Positions 1 through 9,807 of a stretch of 64,000 bases of DNA are shown piece by piece. The stretch covers positions 64,001 to 128,000 of the forward strand of contig JBDRQI010000005.1 in assembly GCA_043826355.1 (NCBI GenBank), given 5' to 3'. The notes beneath the pieces are model-generated. The model was given only the letters and a program-made list of their open reading frames with translations, did not search any database and was not told where the DNA came from. The position numbers and the translations under genes were made by a program. The stretch is from Candidatus Omnitrophota bacterium (GTDB taxonomy: Bacteria > Ratteibacteria > UBA8468 > MWAK01). Position 1 is the stretch's first letter. Each line of letters starts with the position of its first letter.

Positions 1-1327
1 CCTGAGCGGCCAGCACAACCGGGTACATTGTCGGCGCGGACGTCAAATACGGATGGGTTGCCATCTGCAATGTTTCCAGTTCACACAGAGAAACCCTTTG
101 TTGTATCGCCATGCCGACGATGTTGATTATCTCGCCAGCCGATATGCCCCCGGAAATCTGACCGCCCATCAGTATCCCCGATTGACGGGAAAAAATCAGT
201 TTTACCTTTATTTTACTTGCCCCCGGCAAGTTTTTCGGATGTTTATCCACGCCCTCTGTAGTACCGACGATAATTTCAAATCCTTCCTTCTTGGCGCTTG
301 TTTCGGTAAGGCCCGCAGAACCCAAAACCAGACCGTCAATATAAGTAGAATAAATTGCGATAGTCCCTTTGTTTTCGCGAACAACCTTCAATTGATAAAG
401 GTTAGCGCCCGCGACCCTTGCTTCGGCAGTGGCGGTGGAGGCAAGCATAACCGCAGCATCTCTGCGCGTATAAAAATCCCTCTTACCCGCGCAATCACCG
501 ATGGCAAAAATATCGGGGTCAGAAGTGCGCATATACTCGTCCACCCATATTCCTTTGCCCCGTCCCAAATCCAAACCGGCATCAGTCGCTAATTTTGTGT
601 TAGGAATTGCCCCTATTCCCAAAATAATACTGTCTACTTTCAATTCTTCGCCGCTTTCAAACCGCACTCCTTCAACTTTTTCCCGGCCTGAAATTTCCAC
701 AACTTTTGTGTTAAGGAAAATTTCAACGCCCCTATTTTTAAGTTTTTCTTCAACCAGCAAAGAAAAATCCCGGTCGAAAGAATTTGCCAACAAACGAGGA
801 AGGGCTTCCACCAAATAAACATTGACCCCTTGAATTTTTGAAATCTCATCCGCGAATTCTATTCCGATGAACCCTCCCCCAATTATCAAAACGTTTTTTG
901 CTTTTTTAATTTTGGCAACACAGGTTTTGAGATAATCCATGTCTTTGTATATGGGATACACTCCTTTTTTACCAATGCCGGGAATATTCGGAACAATGGG
1001 AAGAGAACCCGTCGCTAAAATCATTTTTTCATAAATATATTCATTTCCATTCTTTGTTTTCAAACTTTTTTTCTCTTTGTTAACAGTCGCCCCTTCGTCA
1101 ATTACCACTTCAATATTATTCTTTATCAGGTTATCTGTTCCTAAAACATTATCCTGGGGATTTTCCAAACTGGAGAACATATAGGGAATACCGCAGGGAA
1201 TACAACCATTAGTTACGTTTTTTATCACCAAAATATTTTTATCCGAATAATATCTTCTGACCGTAATAGCGCATACCATTCCCGCGGGACCGGAACCGAC
1301 AACAAGTATATCCACCTTTTTACTCAT
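1..1327 (-). CDS. FAD-dependent pyridine nucleotide-disulfide oxidoreductase (CoA-disulfide reductase/NADH oxidase family), 3' end runs off the window
   Basis: Not in ORF track; manual translation from ATG 1327 gives MSKKVDILVVGSGPAG...CIPCGIPY, a second GGGFIG dinucleotide motif and C-terminal ATHPYLTSAP. Confidence 0.88.
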   Translation of the reverse strand, partial: MSKKVDILVVGSGPAGMVCAITVRRYYSDKNILVIKNVTNGCIPCGIPYMFSSLENPQDNVLGTDNLIKNNIEVVIDEGATVNKEKKSLKTKNGNEYIYEKMILATGSLPIVPNIPGIGKKGVYPIYKDMDYLKTCVAKIKKAKNVLIIGGGFIGIEFADEISKIQGVNVYLVEALPRLLANSFDRDFSLLVEEKLKNRGVEIFLNTKVVEISGREKVEGVRFESGEELKVDSIILGIGAIPNTKLATDAGLDLGRGKGIWVDEYMRTSDPDIFAIGDCAGKRDFYTRRDAAVMLASTATAEARVAGANLYQLKVVRENKGTIAIYSTYIDGLVLGSAGLTETSAKKEGFEIIVGTTEGVDKHPKNLPGASKIKVKLIFSRQSGILMGGQISGGISAGEIINIVGMAIQQRVSLCELETLQMATHPYLTSAPTMYPVVLAAQ

Positions 1328-1725
1328 AAAATCTCCCCCTTTTTCAGCGATTCCAGCATCACGCAAATACCGTGAATTACTTTTATGCCGTTATCGTGGC
1401 AAAACTTGACGGCGGCCTGGCTTTCGGCCCCGGGCTGAAGCCATACTCTCTTTACGCCTTTCTGCAGGCATTCCTTTAAAATACTCTCCGTTACCGCCGG
1501 AGGAGTGACTAAATCAGCAATATCCACCGGATATAGAATATCGTTTATGGTTTTGTAACAGATTCTACCCTCAACTTCACGCATACTGGGATTAACGGGA
1601 AAAACTTCATAACCCTTAGCCAGTAAATTAATTAAAATCTTATAGGCGTATTTGGTCTTGTTCCTGAACGAACCTACTACCGCGAATCTTTTTTGTTTCA
1701 AAAAATCTTCAACTAAATTTTCCAT
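1324..1725 (-). CDS. CoA-binding protein (YccU-like)
   Basis: FAVVGS...VFPVNP...VWLQPGAES motif; likely start MENLVEDF. Confidence 0.85.
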   Translation of the reverse strand: MENLVEDFLKQKRFAVVGSFRNKTKYAYKILINLLAKGYEVFPVNPSMREVEGRICYKTINDILYPVDIADLVTPPAVTESILKECLQKGVKRVWLQPGAESQAAVKFCHDNGIKVIHGICVMLESLKKGEIL

Positions 1726-1832
1726 CTTTGATTGCATTAAAAACACTTTGAAATTTCCTGTACTCTAAAAAACTCAAACAGGCGTGCCCTTAGAATAAGC
1801 TACGGTTATTTCTTTTTTAAGGCCGGCTTCTC

Positions 1833-2561
1833 TTACTCGAATTTTTTACGGAATAATTTTATCGCCGGTAAAATGAAAAAAACAAAAAAGCCGATAAGTG
1901 TCAGGGTATAAAGAAAAATCATTTTATTTGAAACAGCTGAAAATGATAATCGCAGGCCGTCCACCGTATAAGTAAGGGGTAAAACATAGGCAAAATGCCG
2001 TAAAACAAGCGGCATTTTAGATACGGGATAGACAACACCGCTCAAAAATATCAACAAGAAACGCGGGAGGTTAAGTAATGTCTGGGCTTCAAAAACTTCT
2101 TTAACCATCACGCACAAAAGGGCGCCGAGAGAAGAAAATACAAAGAGCGAAGGAAAAATTATCAGAATAAGGTAAAGGATGTTTGGGTGGAGCCCAAGCA
2201 CTACCACAGAAATTATTGTTACTGCAGTTGTCATCAAACAGCCGAAAACAACACCTCCCAAAATCTTTCCGAAAAGCACCGCAGTTGTACTGATGGGCGC
2301 CAAAAGCAATCTCTCCAAAGAACCAAGCCGTAGTTCAAAGTTTATAACAACTGCTTCGGCAGCAGTGGTGCTGAAAAGAATCGTCATCGCAATCAATCCG
2401 GGCACTAACTCTTTAAAATCTCCGGGATTCCTTAAATAAAAAGCTAAAATCCAGGTAATCGGAAAGACGATACCCCAACTGACTGACGGCGGTTTAAAAT
2501 AGTATGTCTTTATGTCTTTTAAAACGATATAGAAAATACCCCGCAGGTTATCGCGCCACAT
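1833..2561 (-). CDS. ABC-2 type transporter permease
   Basis: About 6 hydrophobic segments, LERLLLAP and LPLTY motifs; adjacent to ATPase. Confidence 0.85.
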   Translation of the reverse strand: MWRDNLRGIFYIVLKDIKTYYFKPPSVSWGIVFPITWILAFYLRNPGDFKELVPGLIAMTILFSTTAAEAVVINFELRLGSLERLLLAPISTTAVLFGKILGGVVFGCLMTTAVTIISVVVLGLHPNILYLILIIFPSLFVFSSLGALLCVMVKEVFEAQTLLNLPRFLLIFLSGVVYPVSKMPLVLRHFAYVLPLTYTVDGLRLSFSAVSNKMIFLYTLTLIGFFVFFILPAIKLFRKKFE

Positions 2562-3326
2562 TTAATGTCCTTTTTCAATTGCTAAAATTTCCGGCTCTAA
2601 ACCCGTAATTTTCATAAACGCTTCTTCCAATGATTTTTTATCAGTTTTTACCTTTAAAACTTGAGGAGTATCGAACACCAAAATTCTCCCCTTTACGAGG
2701 ATGGCCACACGGTCGCATAAAAGATCTGCCTCTTCTAAGTAATGGGTAGTAAGAAAAATGGTTATCCCTTGCCGGCGGAGATTAGATATCAAATTACGCA
2801 AAGAACGAGCAGCCACTACATCTAAGCCGGCCGTAGGCTCATCCAGAAAAAGAACTTCAGGATTATGAATTAACGCCGCTGCGACAGTCAAAGCCCGCTT
2901 CATACCGCGGGAAAATGTACGGAAGGAACTGTCTTTGCGCTCATAGAGTCGGAAGGTTTTCAGCAATTCTTCCGCTTTTTTCTTGCGCTGAGCGCGGGGA
3001 ACACCATAAAGTTGCGCCATGAATATCAGATTATCCATTGCAGATAGTTCATCATAAAGATTAGAGATTTCCGGAACAACCCCAATATGTTTCTTTATCT
3101 GCACAATTTGTGAACCAATGTCAAGTCCAAAAATAGATGCTTTTCCACCGGTGGGTTTAGAAAGCCCCGTAAGCATCCTTATAGTTGTAGTTTTTCCGGC
3201 GCCATTTGGACCCAAAAATCCAAAAATATCGCCTTTCTCAACTTCAAAATTGATATGGTCAACAGCGAGAAAATCGCCGTAATGCTTTGTTAAACCTGAC
3301 GCTTTAATTATAATGTCCTTATTCAT
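2562..3326 (-). CDS. ABC transporter ATP-binding protein (DrrA-like exporter)
   Basis: Walker A GPNGAGKTT, signature FSRGM, Walker B FLDEPT; start MNKDII. Confidence 0.92.
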   Translation of the reverse strand: MNKDIIIKASGLTKHYGDFLAVDHINFEVEKGDIFGFLGPNGAGKTTTIRMLTGLSKPTGGKASIFGLDIGSQIVQIKKHIGVVPEISNLYDELSAMDNLIFMAQLYGVPRAQRKKKAEELLKTFRLYERKDSSFRTFSRGMKRALTVAAALIHNPEVLFLDEPTAGLDVVAARSLRNLISNLRRQGITIFLTTHYLEEADLLCDRVAILVKGRILVFDTPQVLKVKTDKKSLEEAFMKITGLEPEILAIEKGH

Positions 3327-3414
3327 TTGTAGATACCCACGGGCACAGCCCGTGTAACTCAAAGCGGCTTTTAGAGACAATTATTTGTTTTACTTTGTTA
3401 TTGCGGAAGGATCT

Positions 3415-3735
3415 TTAAAAAGTCAAAAGTCTGTCGCTTTCCTTAACCAATTCGTACAAATCTTTCATCGTTGACAAAGGGCACGTCTCAGAACCGTTGG
3501 ACTGCCGGATTTTCAGGCATGAGCCGCAAGCCAATATCTTTCCGCCGTTGTCAACGAAGGAACGCATCTGTTCCGTTACCTTAAATTTATCGGTATCCAA
3601 AGATTCGCATTCCACGCCTTTGCCGAGCAAAAAAACCTTAACCTCGTCATTTTCTTTCCGGCTATAAACACCGAGCCGAAATGCGTTCCAAACGGTCTCC
3701 GAATCATTTGAATAAATAATTATCCCTAACTTCAA
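3415..3735 (-). CDS. DsrE/DsrF-like protein
   Basis: WNAFRLG, VFLLGKGVE, ACGSCLKIR, CPLSTMKDL motifs. Confidence 0.85.
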   Translation of the reverse strand: MKLGIIIYSNDSETVWNAFRLGVYSRKENDEVKVFLLGKGVECESLDTDKFKVTEQMRSFVDNGGKILACGSCLKIRQSNGSETCPLSTMKDLYELVKESDRLLTF

Positions 3736-3782
3736 AAGGCCTCCTCTTTTTTATCTAATACGAACGCATTAAATCTTTTTAT

Positions 3783-3832
3783 GTAGGGGTCGGATTCATC
3801 CGACCCGCGGGCTTGATAAATCAAGCCCCTAC
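3783..3832. repeat. GTAG-type REP-like palindrome dimer
   Basis: GTAGGGGTCGGATTCATCCGACCCG facing CGGGCTTGATAAATCAAGCCCCTAC; relatives at 15237 and 16172. Confidence 0.8.
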
Positions 3833-3849
3833 AAAATCCTTATGTAAAT

Positions 3850-4563
3850 TTAGAGATTCAGGGTCTGCCCTGCTTTTATCGGAATAAAACGGTCCCCGTA
3901 TCTTTCCTTGAAAATTTCCTCGGCAACTTTGCCGCTGCAATGAGTAGGACCCACCTTTTCGATTTTCATCTTTTGAAACCGTTTGGCTATAATAGATATA
4001 ATTCTTTTATCCTCTTCCATCAAATGAAAACCGCCGAACACCAGATATATCGTTTCACCCGGAAATTTCCTTCGGACTCTTTCCAGGATTTTAAGAATCC
4101 CGGGATGGGCGCACCCGGTCATTACCGTAAGACCGTTCTGCGTCTTCACGATAAGCGCCTGTTCAGGCATATCACTTCCGTGATAAACGCCCGGTATCTC
4201 CCCTGTGATAAAAATATCTTTTGCAATCTCCTTGAATTTTTCCGTTTCAACAAAAATCCCCTGCAACTTTTTTACTTTTTCCTTAAACTCTGCGCTGAAA
4301 TGCGGGCAGGCATAAACGGTGATTCCCTTTCTTCTGGCCAGTATTTCCCATAATCCTCCGGCATGGTCCCAGTGGTCATGAGAAATTACCACCGCTTCAA
4401 ATTCCGCTAAATTTATTCCCAGTTTATCAATATTCTCAATGAGCCATTGCCCGTTTTCACCGGTATCAAATAAGATTCTATTATCAACCAGGAACGAAAC
4501 ACCCCACCCGATATGAAGATTCTTTGCACAAGAATCTTCATCAAAAATAACCTTTATTTCCAT
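3850..4563 (-). CDS. MBL-fold metallo-hydrolase
   Basis: SHDHWDHAGG, GCAHPG, GGFHL, PTHCSG motifs. Confidence 0.88.
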   Translation of the reverse strand: MEIKVIFDEDSCAKNLHIGWGVSFLVDNRILFDTGENGQWLIENIDKLGINLAEFEAVVISHDHWDHAGGLWEILARRKGITVYACPHFSAEFKEKVKKLQGIFVETEKFKEIAKDIFITGEIPGVYHGSDMPEQALIVKTQNGLTVMTGCAHPGILKILERVRRKFPGETIYLVFGGFHLMEEDKRIISIIAKRFQKMKIEKVGPTHCSGKVAEEIFKERYGDRFIPIKAGQTLNL

Positions 4564-4582
4564 TCTTTGGTCTTCTTTTAAA

Positions 4583-4819
4583 TTACTCCCTTATCATCAA
4601 ACTGTTGCATTTAGGGCACCTGACCGAAGAACAAGGTACGCCTACATCATGCGTCGCTTTTGCGCCGCACTTGGGGCAAATACAATTTCCGCTCGGGCCT
4701 GCGCCGGCTCTATTTCCCCTATTTCTGCCCATTCCTCCGGAAATTCCGATTCTTCTGCCCATGCCCCTGCCTGTACCCGGACCTTGTCCAAAAGGGCCTG
4801 TTCCGTTTCCTCCCGGCAT
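4583..4819 (-). CDS. Small Gly-rich DUF5320-like protein with CxCxxC/Cx4CxxC tail
   Basis: MPGGNGTGPFGQGPGTGRG N-terminus; CICPKCG...PCSSVRCPKC. Confidence 0.75.
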   Translation of the reverse strand: MPGGNGTGPFGQGPGTGRGMGRRIGISGGMGRNRGNRAGAGPSGNCICPKCGAKATHDVGVPCSSVRCPKCNSLMIRE

Positions 4820-4824
4820 TTTAA

Positions 4825-5205
4825 TCACCTCCCCTTATTTTGTATTCCGAATTTTGAACCGACCGTGGATTTCTGCGTCGGCGTGAACTCTCCCTTTTTA
4901 TATTTTTCCACCGCTTCTTTAACCGTTCCGGACACGCCGACGATAATATTTATCCCGGCTGCCTGCAAAGTCTGAAATGCGTTCGGTCCAACGTTTCCCG
5001 TGAGCACGGCTTCAACCTGTTTTTCGGCCATAACCTGGCCCGACTGAATACCCGCCCCTCCTCCCGCTTGAATATTTGGATTTTCCACCGCTTCAAATTC
5101 CATAGTGTCGGTATTTACGATGATAAAATACCGGCATCTTCCGAAACGCGGGTCAACCACGGAATCCAGATTATCACCTTCTGCCGTAACGCAAATTTTA
5201 CCCAT
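4825..5205 (-). CDS. NifB/NifX family (FeMo-cofactor-binding-like) protein
   Basis: [24 protein letters not shown]. Confidence 0.88.
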   Translation of the reverse strand: MGKICVTAEGDNLDSVVDPRFGRCRYFIIVNTDTMEFEAVENPNIQAGGGAGIQSGQVMAEKQVEAVLTGNVGPNAFQTLQAAGINIIVGVSGTVKEAVEKYKKGEFTPTQKSTVGSKFGIQNKGR

Positions 5206-5238
5206 CTTTACCTCCCCTGTTTAACTTTCGCAAATTTC

Positions 5239-5619
5239 TTAATCGGAATGGTCGCACACCGTTTTGTCCAAACCATATCCCTTACCGGAACCGGGTTTGC
5301 AAAAACTTTCGCCGCCGCCTAAAGTTCCTTTCACAAGTTTCTCAATTACTTCCGTTAATGTTCCGCTTACTCCCACAATGGTTTTTATCCCGAACTCTTC
5401 AAATAGACCCTGGGCCCTTGCACCCATTCCGCCGGCAACGATACAACCTACTCCTCGCTGATGCAAAAACTGCGGAATGAATCCCGGTTCATGTCCGGGA
5501 TTACCAACCGATTCTTTTTTGGTAACTTTTCCTTTTTCGATATCTACTATCGTGAAGGTCGGGCAACGTCCAAAGTGACCGGATACAAAATCACCATCCG
5601 TGGATATTGCTATACGCAT
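5239..5619 (-). CDS. NifB/NifX family protein
   Basis: GHFGRCPTF, NPGHEPGFIP, GGMGARA. Confidence 0.88.
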   Translation of the reverse strand: MRIAISTDGDFVSGHFGRCPTFTIVDIEKGKVTKKESVGNPGHEPGFIPQFLHQRGVGCIVAGGMGARAQGLFEEFGIKTIVGVSGTLTEVIEKLVKGTLGGGESFCKPGSGKGYGLDKTVCDHSD

Positions 5620-5629
5620 AATCCTCCTT

Positions 5630-6181
5630 TCATAAAATCAACACCGCGGCTGCAAAGACGGTCGTCCACCGTCCGTCCTTGTCTCCGATAGCCGACTGGG
5701 TAACGTTGGTTGTCTTGACTATCTGGTCGCTCAGCCGCCAGACCTGTTTCTTTTCGTCGTAACTGCTGTCCGGGTCAAACTTCACGCCCAGGGTGGTGGC
5801 CAGCATCTGGGCAGCCAGGTCTTCGGCGTAATCGCCCGCCTTTTCATCGGTCAGGCCGAAGCCGGAAAATTCGGAGAGGTAGCCGTGGCTGTGCGGGTTT
5901 TTGGGAAGGGCGACCCCGATGGAAGAGGTGATGAGCCGGTGCGGTTCGTTGGTGGAGTTCTTGCTCATCACGCAGAAGAGAATCTGGCCCGGGTCCAGCA
6001 GTTTCTGGCCGGATTCCCGGCTGATTAGTTTGGCTCCCGGCGGGAAGATGCTGGTGATGGGCACCAGGTTGAAAGGCGCAATGCCGGCATCCCGCAGTGC
6101 CCGTTCCAGGCTGGTCAGTTTCTCCCGGTCCCGGCCAACTCCCTTGGTCAAAAATATCTTCTTTGCAGTCAAGTTAACCAT
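5630..6181 (-). CDS. pdaD: Pyruvoyl-dependent arginine decarboxylase
   Basis: IFLTKGVG, ALRDAGIAPFNLV, self-cleavage site T-S (ITSIFPP), GYLSE, AGDYAEDLAAQML. Confidence 0.85.
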   Translation of the reverse strand: MVNLTAKKIFLTKGVGRDREKLTSLERALRDAGIAPFNLVPITSIFPPGAKLISRESGQKLLDPGQILFCVMSKNSTNEPHRLITSSIGVALPKNPHSHGYLSEFSGFGLTDEKAGDYAEDLAAQMLATTLGVKFDPDSSYDEKKQVWRLSDQIVKTTNVTQSAIGDKDGRWTTVFAAAVLIL

Positions 6182-6194
6182 CCCTTTTACCCTC

Positions 6195-6911
6195 TCATTT
6201 TTTCAAAATTGTTGTCAACACCTTTTCCTTGCTGATTTTTTTAGTGCAGAAGAACCAGTCGTAACATTTTATACCTTCTTTTGACTCCATCCGTTCCTTG
6301 GCTACTCCGCAGGAACCTGCCGTGGGCACGATGACATCGTCACCGGGCTGCCAATCGGCCGGAGTTGCAACCGAAAACTCATCGGCTGTCTGGAGAGCCA
6401 ACAGGATGCGGTACAATTCAGCAAAGTTTCTCCCCATGCTTAAAGGATAGTACAGGATGGTCCGGATAATCCCCTTGGGGTCTATAACGAAGACGGCCCG
6501 GACCGCCTTGGTGGAACTTTCCCCGGGCTGAATCATCCCGTATTTCTTGGCAACTTCCATCGTAATGTCTTCAATCAGGGGAAACTTGACTTCCACGTCC
6601 TTCATGCCGCGGTACTCAATCTTTTCCTTGATGGTGCGTAACCAGGCAATGTGGCTGTAAAGACCGTCCACCGACAGGCCGACCAATTTGCAGTTTGCCT
6701 TTAAAAACTGCTCCTCCATTGAAGCGAACGTCATGAACTCAGAAGTGCAGACGGGCGTAAAATCGGCGGGGTGGCTGAAAAGGATAACCCAGCTTCCCGC
6801 ATATTGTTTCGGAAAATCTATTTCGCCCTGCGTTGTAACCGCCTTAAAAGCAGGGGCTTTTTCGCCGATGCGGGGCATTGCAACAAATCCAACCGTATTT
6901 TGATTGTCCAT
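6195..6911 (-). CDS. Peroxiredoxin (Prx6/archaeal AhpC type)
   Basis: FSHPADFTPVCTSE, TPADW, CYDWFFC. Confidence 0.93.
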   Translation of the reverse strand: MDNQNTVGFVAMPRIGEKAPAFKAVTTQGEIDFPKQYAGSWVILFSHPADFTPVCTSEFMTFASMEEQFLKANCKLVGLSVDGLYSHIAWLRTIKEKIEYRGMKDVEVKFPLIEDITMEVAKKYGMIQPGESSTKAVRAVFVIDPKGIIRTILYYPLSMGRNFAELYRILLALQTADEFSVATPADWQPGDDVIVPTAGSCGVAKERMESKEGIKCYDWFFCTKKISKEKVLTTILKK

Positions 6912-6940
6912 CGTTATTCTCCTCCGCTATTCCCTTGATA

Positions 6941-6972
6941 AACAGGGGGCAGCCAAAAGACTGCCCCCTGTT
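6941..6972 (-). terminator. 12-bp hairpin inside operon (weak terminator or mRNA-stabilising stem)
   Basis: AACAGGGGGCAG / CTGCCCCCTGTT perfect stem; only a short U-tract. Confidence 0.45.
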
Positions 6973-6980
6973 CCCGGTAC

Positions 6981-7385
6981 TCACTTCTTTTCCGCTCCCG
7001 CCTTTTCCTCGGCGGCAAGCTTCTCCAGTTCCGCAATGTACCGGTGTATCTCCTTTATCTCCTTTTCCATCGCGGAAACCTGCTCTTTAAGCAATACCGC
7101 TTCATTCTGCGGGCTTAATTCCGGACCCGCCGGAGGCACCGGATAACCTCCCCAGGCCGGAAGACCCATGCCTGCCCGATACCAACCGGGAAGACCGGTT
7201 GCGTAGTAACGGTTGCGCCGTCCTCTGCCTCCGCCGCGGCCAAAAAATCCTCTGCCCCCGCCAAAATAACCCCGGCCGGGGATTGGATTCGCATAGCCGG
7301 GCATTCCGTAGCCGGCGCAGTATCCGGCGCCTCTTCCGGTCATCGGCCCCAGACCATTCGGCCCTGTTCCATCTCCAAACGGCAT
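6981..7385 (-). CDS. DUF5320 family protein
   Basis: MPFGDGTGPNGLGPMTGRGAGYC, Gly/Arg-rich core, C-terminal coiled coil. Confidence 0.88.
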   Translation of the reverse strand: MPFGDGTGPNGLGPMTGRGAGYCAGYGMPGYANPIPGRGYFGGGRGFFGRGGGRGRRNRYYATGLPGWYRAGMGLPAWGGYPVPPAGPELSPQNEAVLLKEQVSAMEKEIKEIHRYIAELEKLAAEEKAGAEKK

Positions 7386-7386
7386 C

Positions 7387-7878
7387 TTATCTCACCCCCT
7401 TTCCGCGGCAATCGTGACATAAACCCAGAAATTGAATCTGGTGTTCGTTAATCTGAAAATTATGCTTTCGGCTCAAGGCTTCTTCAATATTCTTAATCAC
7501 CTTCTTCTCTTCCTCTAAAAATTCCTGATAATCAATAATCCGGCCGCAATTGGTGCAACAAAGATGGTGGTGGTGATTGCCCCCGGAACCAAAAGAGAGT
7601 TCGTAACGACTCTTTCCGTCCCCAAAATCGAGTCGGGAAACCAGGCCCATCTCAACCAGGACTTCCAGGGTCCGGTAAACGGTGGTCAGGCCGATTGAAG
7701 GAAAAGTTTTATGAATATTACGGTAAATCTCTTCAACGGGAAGATGGCCGCCGGTTCGCTGTAAAAACTCCATAATCGCCTGCCTGGGAAAGGTCAGCCG
7801 GTACCCGCAGTTTCGCAACCGGCCATGCCACCAGCCGGGATGGTTCATCCTGCCCGTGAAACCGGCTTTCCGTCCCAT
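7387..7878 (-). CDS. Fur-family transcriptional repressor
   Basis: IGLTTVYRTL HTH, HHHHLCCTNCG, GLCHDC; real start may be a downstream Met. Confidence 0.92.
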   Translation of the reverse strand: MGRKAGFTGRMNHPGWWHGRLRNCGYRLTFPRQAIMEFLQRTGGHLPVEEIYRNIHKTFPSIGLTTVYRTLEVLVEMGLVSRLDFGDGKSRYELSFGSGGNHHHHLCCTNCGRIIDYQEFLEEEKKVIKNIEEALSRKHNFQINEHQIQFLGLCHDCRGKGVR

Positions 7879-7923
7879 TTTAAACAGACCCTCCCGGATT
7901 TGATCAAATTATGACAACAATTA

Positions 7924-7977
7924 ACTATTGACAATTATTTTCAATAGTATTGTACCCTGAAAATTTCGGGTTGTCAA
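7924..7977 (-). promoter_or_regulatory. Sigma70 promoter TTGACA-17-TACAAT followed by a Fur-box-like palindrome
   Basis: -35 at 7972-7977, -10 at 7949-7954; ACTATTGA-N9-TCAATAGT at 7924-7948. Confidence 0.75.
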
Positions 7978-8071
7978 GCAAACGCCGCTTGCGGCTGCAG
8001 CTTTTGCTTTTCTCGAAAGGCGGGATAACGCTGCGGGCCAACCCCGGCCGAAATTGACCGCAGGAGCTAAA

Positions 8072-8857
8072 TCAACCGGTCAGCAAGGTTGCAAAAAAAG
8101 TGGCGCCGTCTTTTTCAATCATCTTTGGGGCGATGCCAAAGACCGTTTTCAGATTGTTTTCGGTCAAAACTTCGCGGCCGCCGGCGGCGTAAATACGCCC
8201 TTCGGAAAAGAGGAGTATTTTTTCGGCAAACTGGAAAGCCAGGTTAATATCGTGGCTGGCAAAAAGAATGGTTAAATTACCCCGTTGCGAACTCTTCTTG
8301 AGCAAGCTCAAAATTTCCACCTGGCTCTTGAGGTCAAGGTGAAGGGTTGGTTCATCGCAAAGCAAAATTCCGGGATTTTGATATAGGGCTCGGGCAATGA
8401 TGATCCGCTGTTTTTCTCCGCCGCTCAACCGGCAGAATGGCCGGTGCGCAAAATCGGTTGTGCCGGTTTCCCGCAAGATATCACGGATCGCCCCGGGGTC
8501 GTGTTCGTTCGTCCGGGCGAATCCGCCGCCATGCGCATACCGCCCCATCAGGATTATTTCCAGGCCGGTAAAGGAAGAAGTTGTTTCGCTCTCCTGGGGA
8601 ACAAAACCGATCTTCCGGGCAATCTCCCGCCGGGAAAAGGTTTCCAGGTTCCGGTCCTCAAGCATTATGCTGCCTTTTGGCTTTAACTTCCGGTTAAGGC
8701 ACTTAAGAAAGGTTGTTTTGCCGGTTCCGTTGGGCCCTAAGATCGCGAACCGGTCGCCTTCTTCAATTATCAGGCTCACGCCTTTAAGGACCGGGGCGCT
8801 CTGGTAAGAAAATTCCAATCCGGCTATCTTCAGGACACAGTTATGATTGCGATTCAT
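8072..8857 (-). CDS. Iron-chelate/cobalamin ABC transporter ATPase (FecE/BtuD-like)
   Basis: GPNGTGKTT, LSGGEKQR, DEPTLHLD, SHDINLA. Confidence 0.9.
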   Translation of the reverse strand: MNRNHNCVLKIAGLEFSYQSAPVLKGVSLIIEEGDRFAILGPNGTGKTTFLKCLNRKLKPKGSIMLEDRNLETFSRREIARKIGFVPQESETTSSFTGLEIILMGRYAHGGGFARTNEHDPGAIRDILRETGTTDFAHRPFCRLSGGEKQRIIIARALYQNPGILLCDEPTLHLDLKSQVEILSLLKKSSQRGNLTILFASHDINLAFQFAEKILLFSEGRIYAAGGREVLTENNLKTVFGIAPKMIEKDGATFFATLLTG

Positions 8858-9807
8858 CTTTTGAAGAGCAGATAGAGAAAAAAAGGCACGCCTAAAAGCG
8901 AGGTGAATATCCCCACCGGAATTTCTCCGGTGAATGATATGCAGCGGGAAAGATTATCGGCCCAGAGCAACAGGACGGCGCCGGCCAGCACCGAACCGGG
9001 CAGGAGGAATCGATGGTCGGAACCAAGCCAGATTCGGGCCAAGTGGGGAACCACCAGCCCGATAAAACCGATGGTGCCGCTCACCGAAACAGCGGCCGCG
9101 ACAAGCAGTGAAGCCGAAACCAGAACTATCTTCTTCACCCGGGATACTTCCACACCCAGGTCCAGGGCGGTCTCTTCACCGGTTGAAACAACATTCAAAT
9201 CCACCGGGAAGAAAAAAATGGCAAAAAGGGCGGGAATTATCCAGGCGGATGCGTAGATTACTTTTCGCCATTCGGCCGTCCAGAATCCGCCCATGAGCCA
9301 GAAGACGATCTGATGCAGTTTTTCGCCTGAAATAAAGATGAGCAGGGAGACCAGCGCCGAAAAAAAAGCGCCGGCGGCGATGCCCAACAAAATCAATCCC
9401 TGTCCGGAGGCATGGCTGCTTTTTTCGGCAAAAAAATAGAGCAGGAAAGTGGTTGCCAAGCCGAAGGCAAACGCGCCGGGAATCACCGGTAGTCCAAACA
9501 ACATGGCCAGGCAGGCGCCAAACGCCGAAGCAGATGAAATTCCCAGAATATAAGGACTGGCCAGCGGATTCCGGAACAGGGCCTGCAGGCCCATGCCGGA
9601 AGCGGCCAGGGCCGAACCAACCAGAGATGCTAGAACCAGGCGCGGCAGTCTTATCAAAAATAAGATCTCCCGTTCCCCGGCGGCATCCCGCCAGCTGACC
9701 GGACCCAGAAAAAAAGACCCGGCCAGGGAAAGAAGAAGAAAAACACCCAAACCGGCAATCTTTAATCTCTTAACTTTTAAGTCCGCCTGATATCGTTTCA
9801 GGGCCAT
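8854..9807 (-). CDS. FecCD/BtuC-family permease
   Basis: IRLPR, LQALFRNPLASPYILGISS, IGFIGLVVPH, IPVG. Confidence 0.92.
   Translation of the reverse strand: MALKRYQADLKVKRLKIAGLGVFLLLSLAGSFFLGPVSWRDAAGEREILFLIRLPRLVLASLVGSALAASGMGLQALFRNPLASPYILGISSASAFGACLAMLFGLPVIPGAFAFGLATTFLLYFFAEKSSHASGQGLILLGIAAGAFFSALVSLLIFISGEKLHQIVFWLMGGFWTAEWRKVIYASAWIIPALFAIFFFPVDLNVVSTGEETALDLGVEVSRVKKIVLVSASLLVAAAVSVSGTIGFIGLVVPHLARIWLGSDHRFLLPGSVLAGAVLLLWADNLSRCISFTGEIPVGIFTSLLGVPFFLYLLFKR

Noticed and set aside
4825..5619. Nitrogen fixation genes
   Set aside because: NifB/NifX-family domains occur widely without nitrogenase, and no nifHDK is present here.
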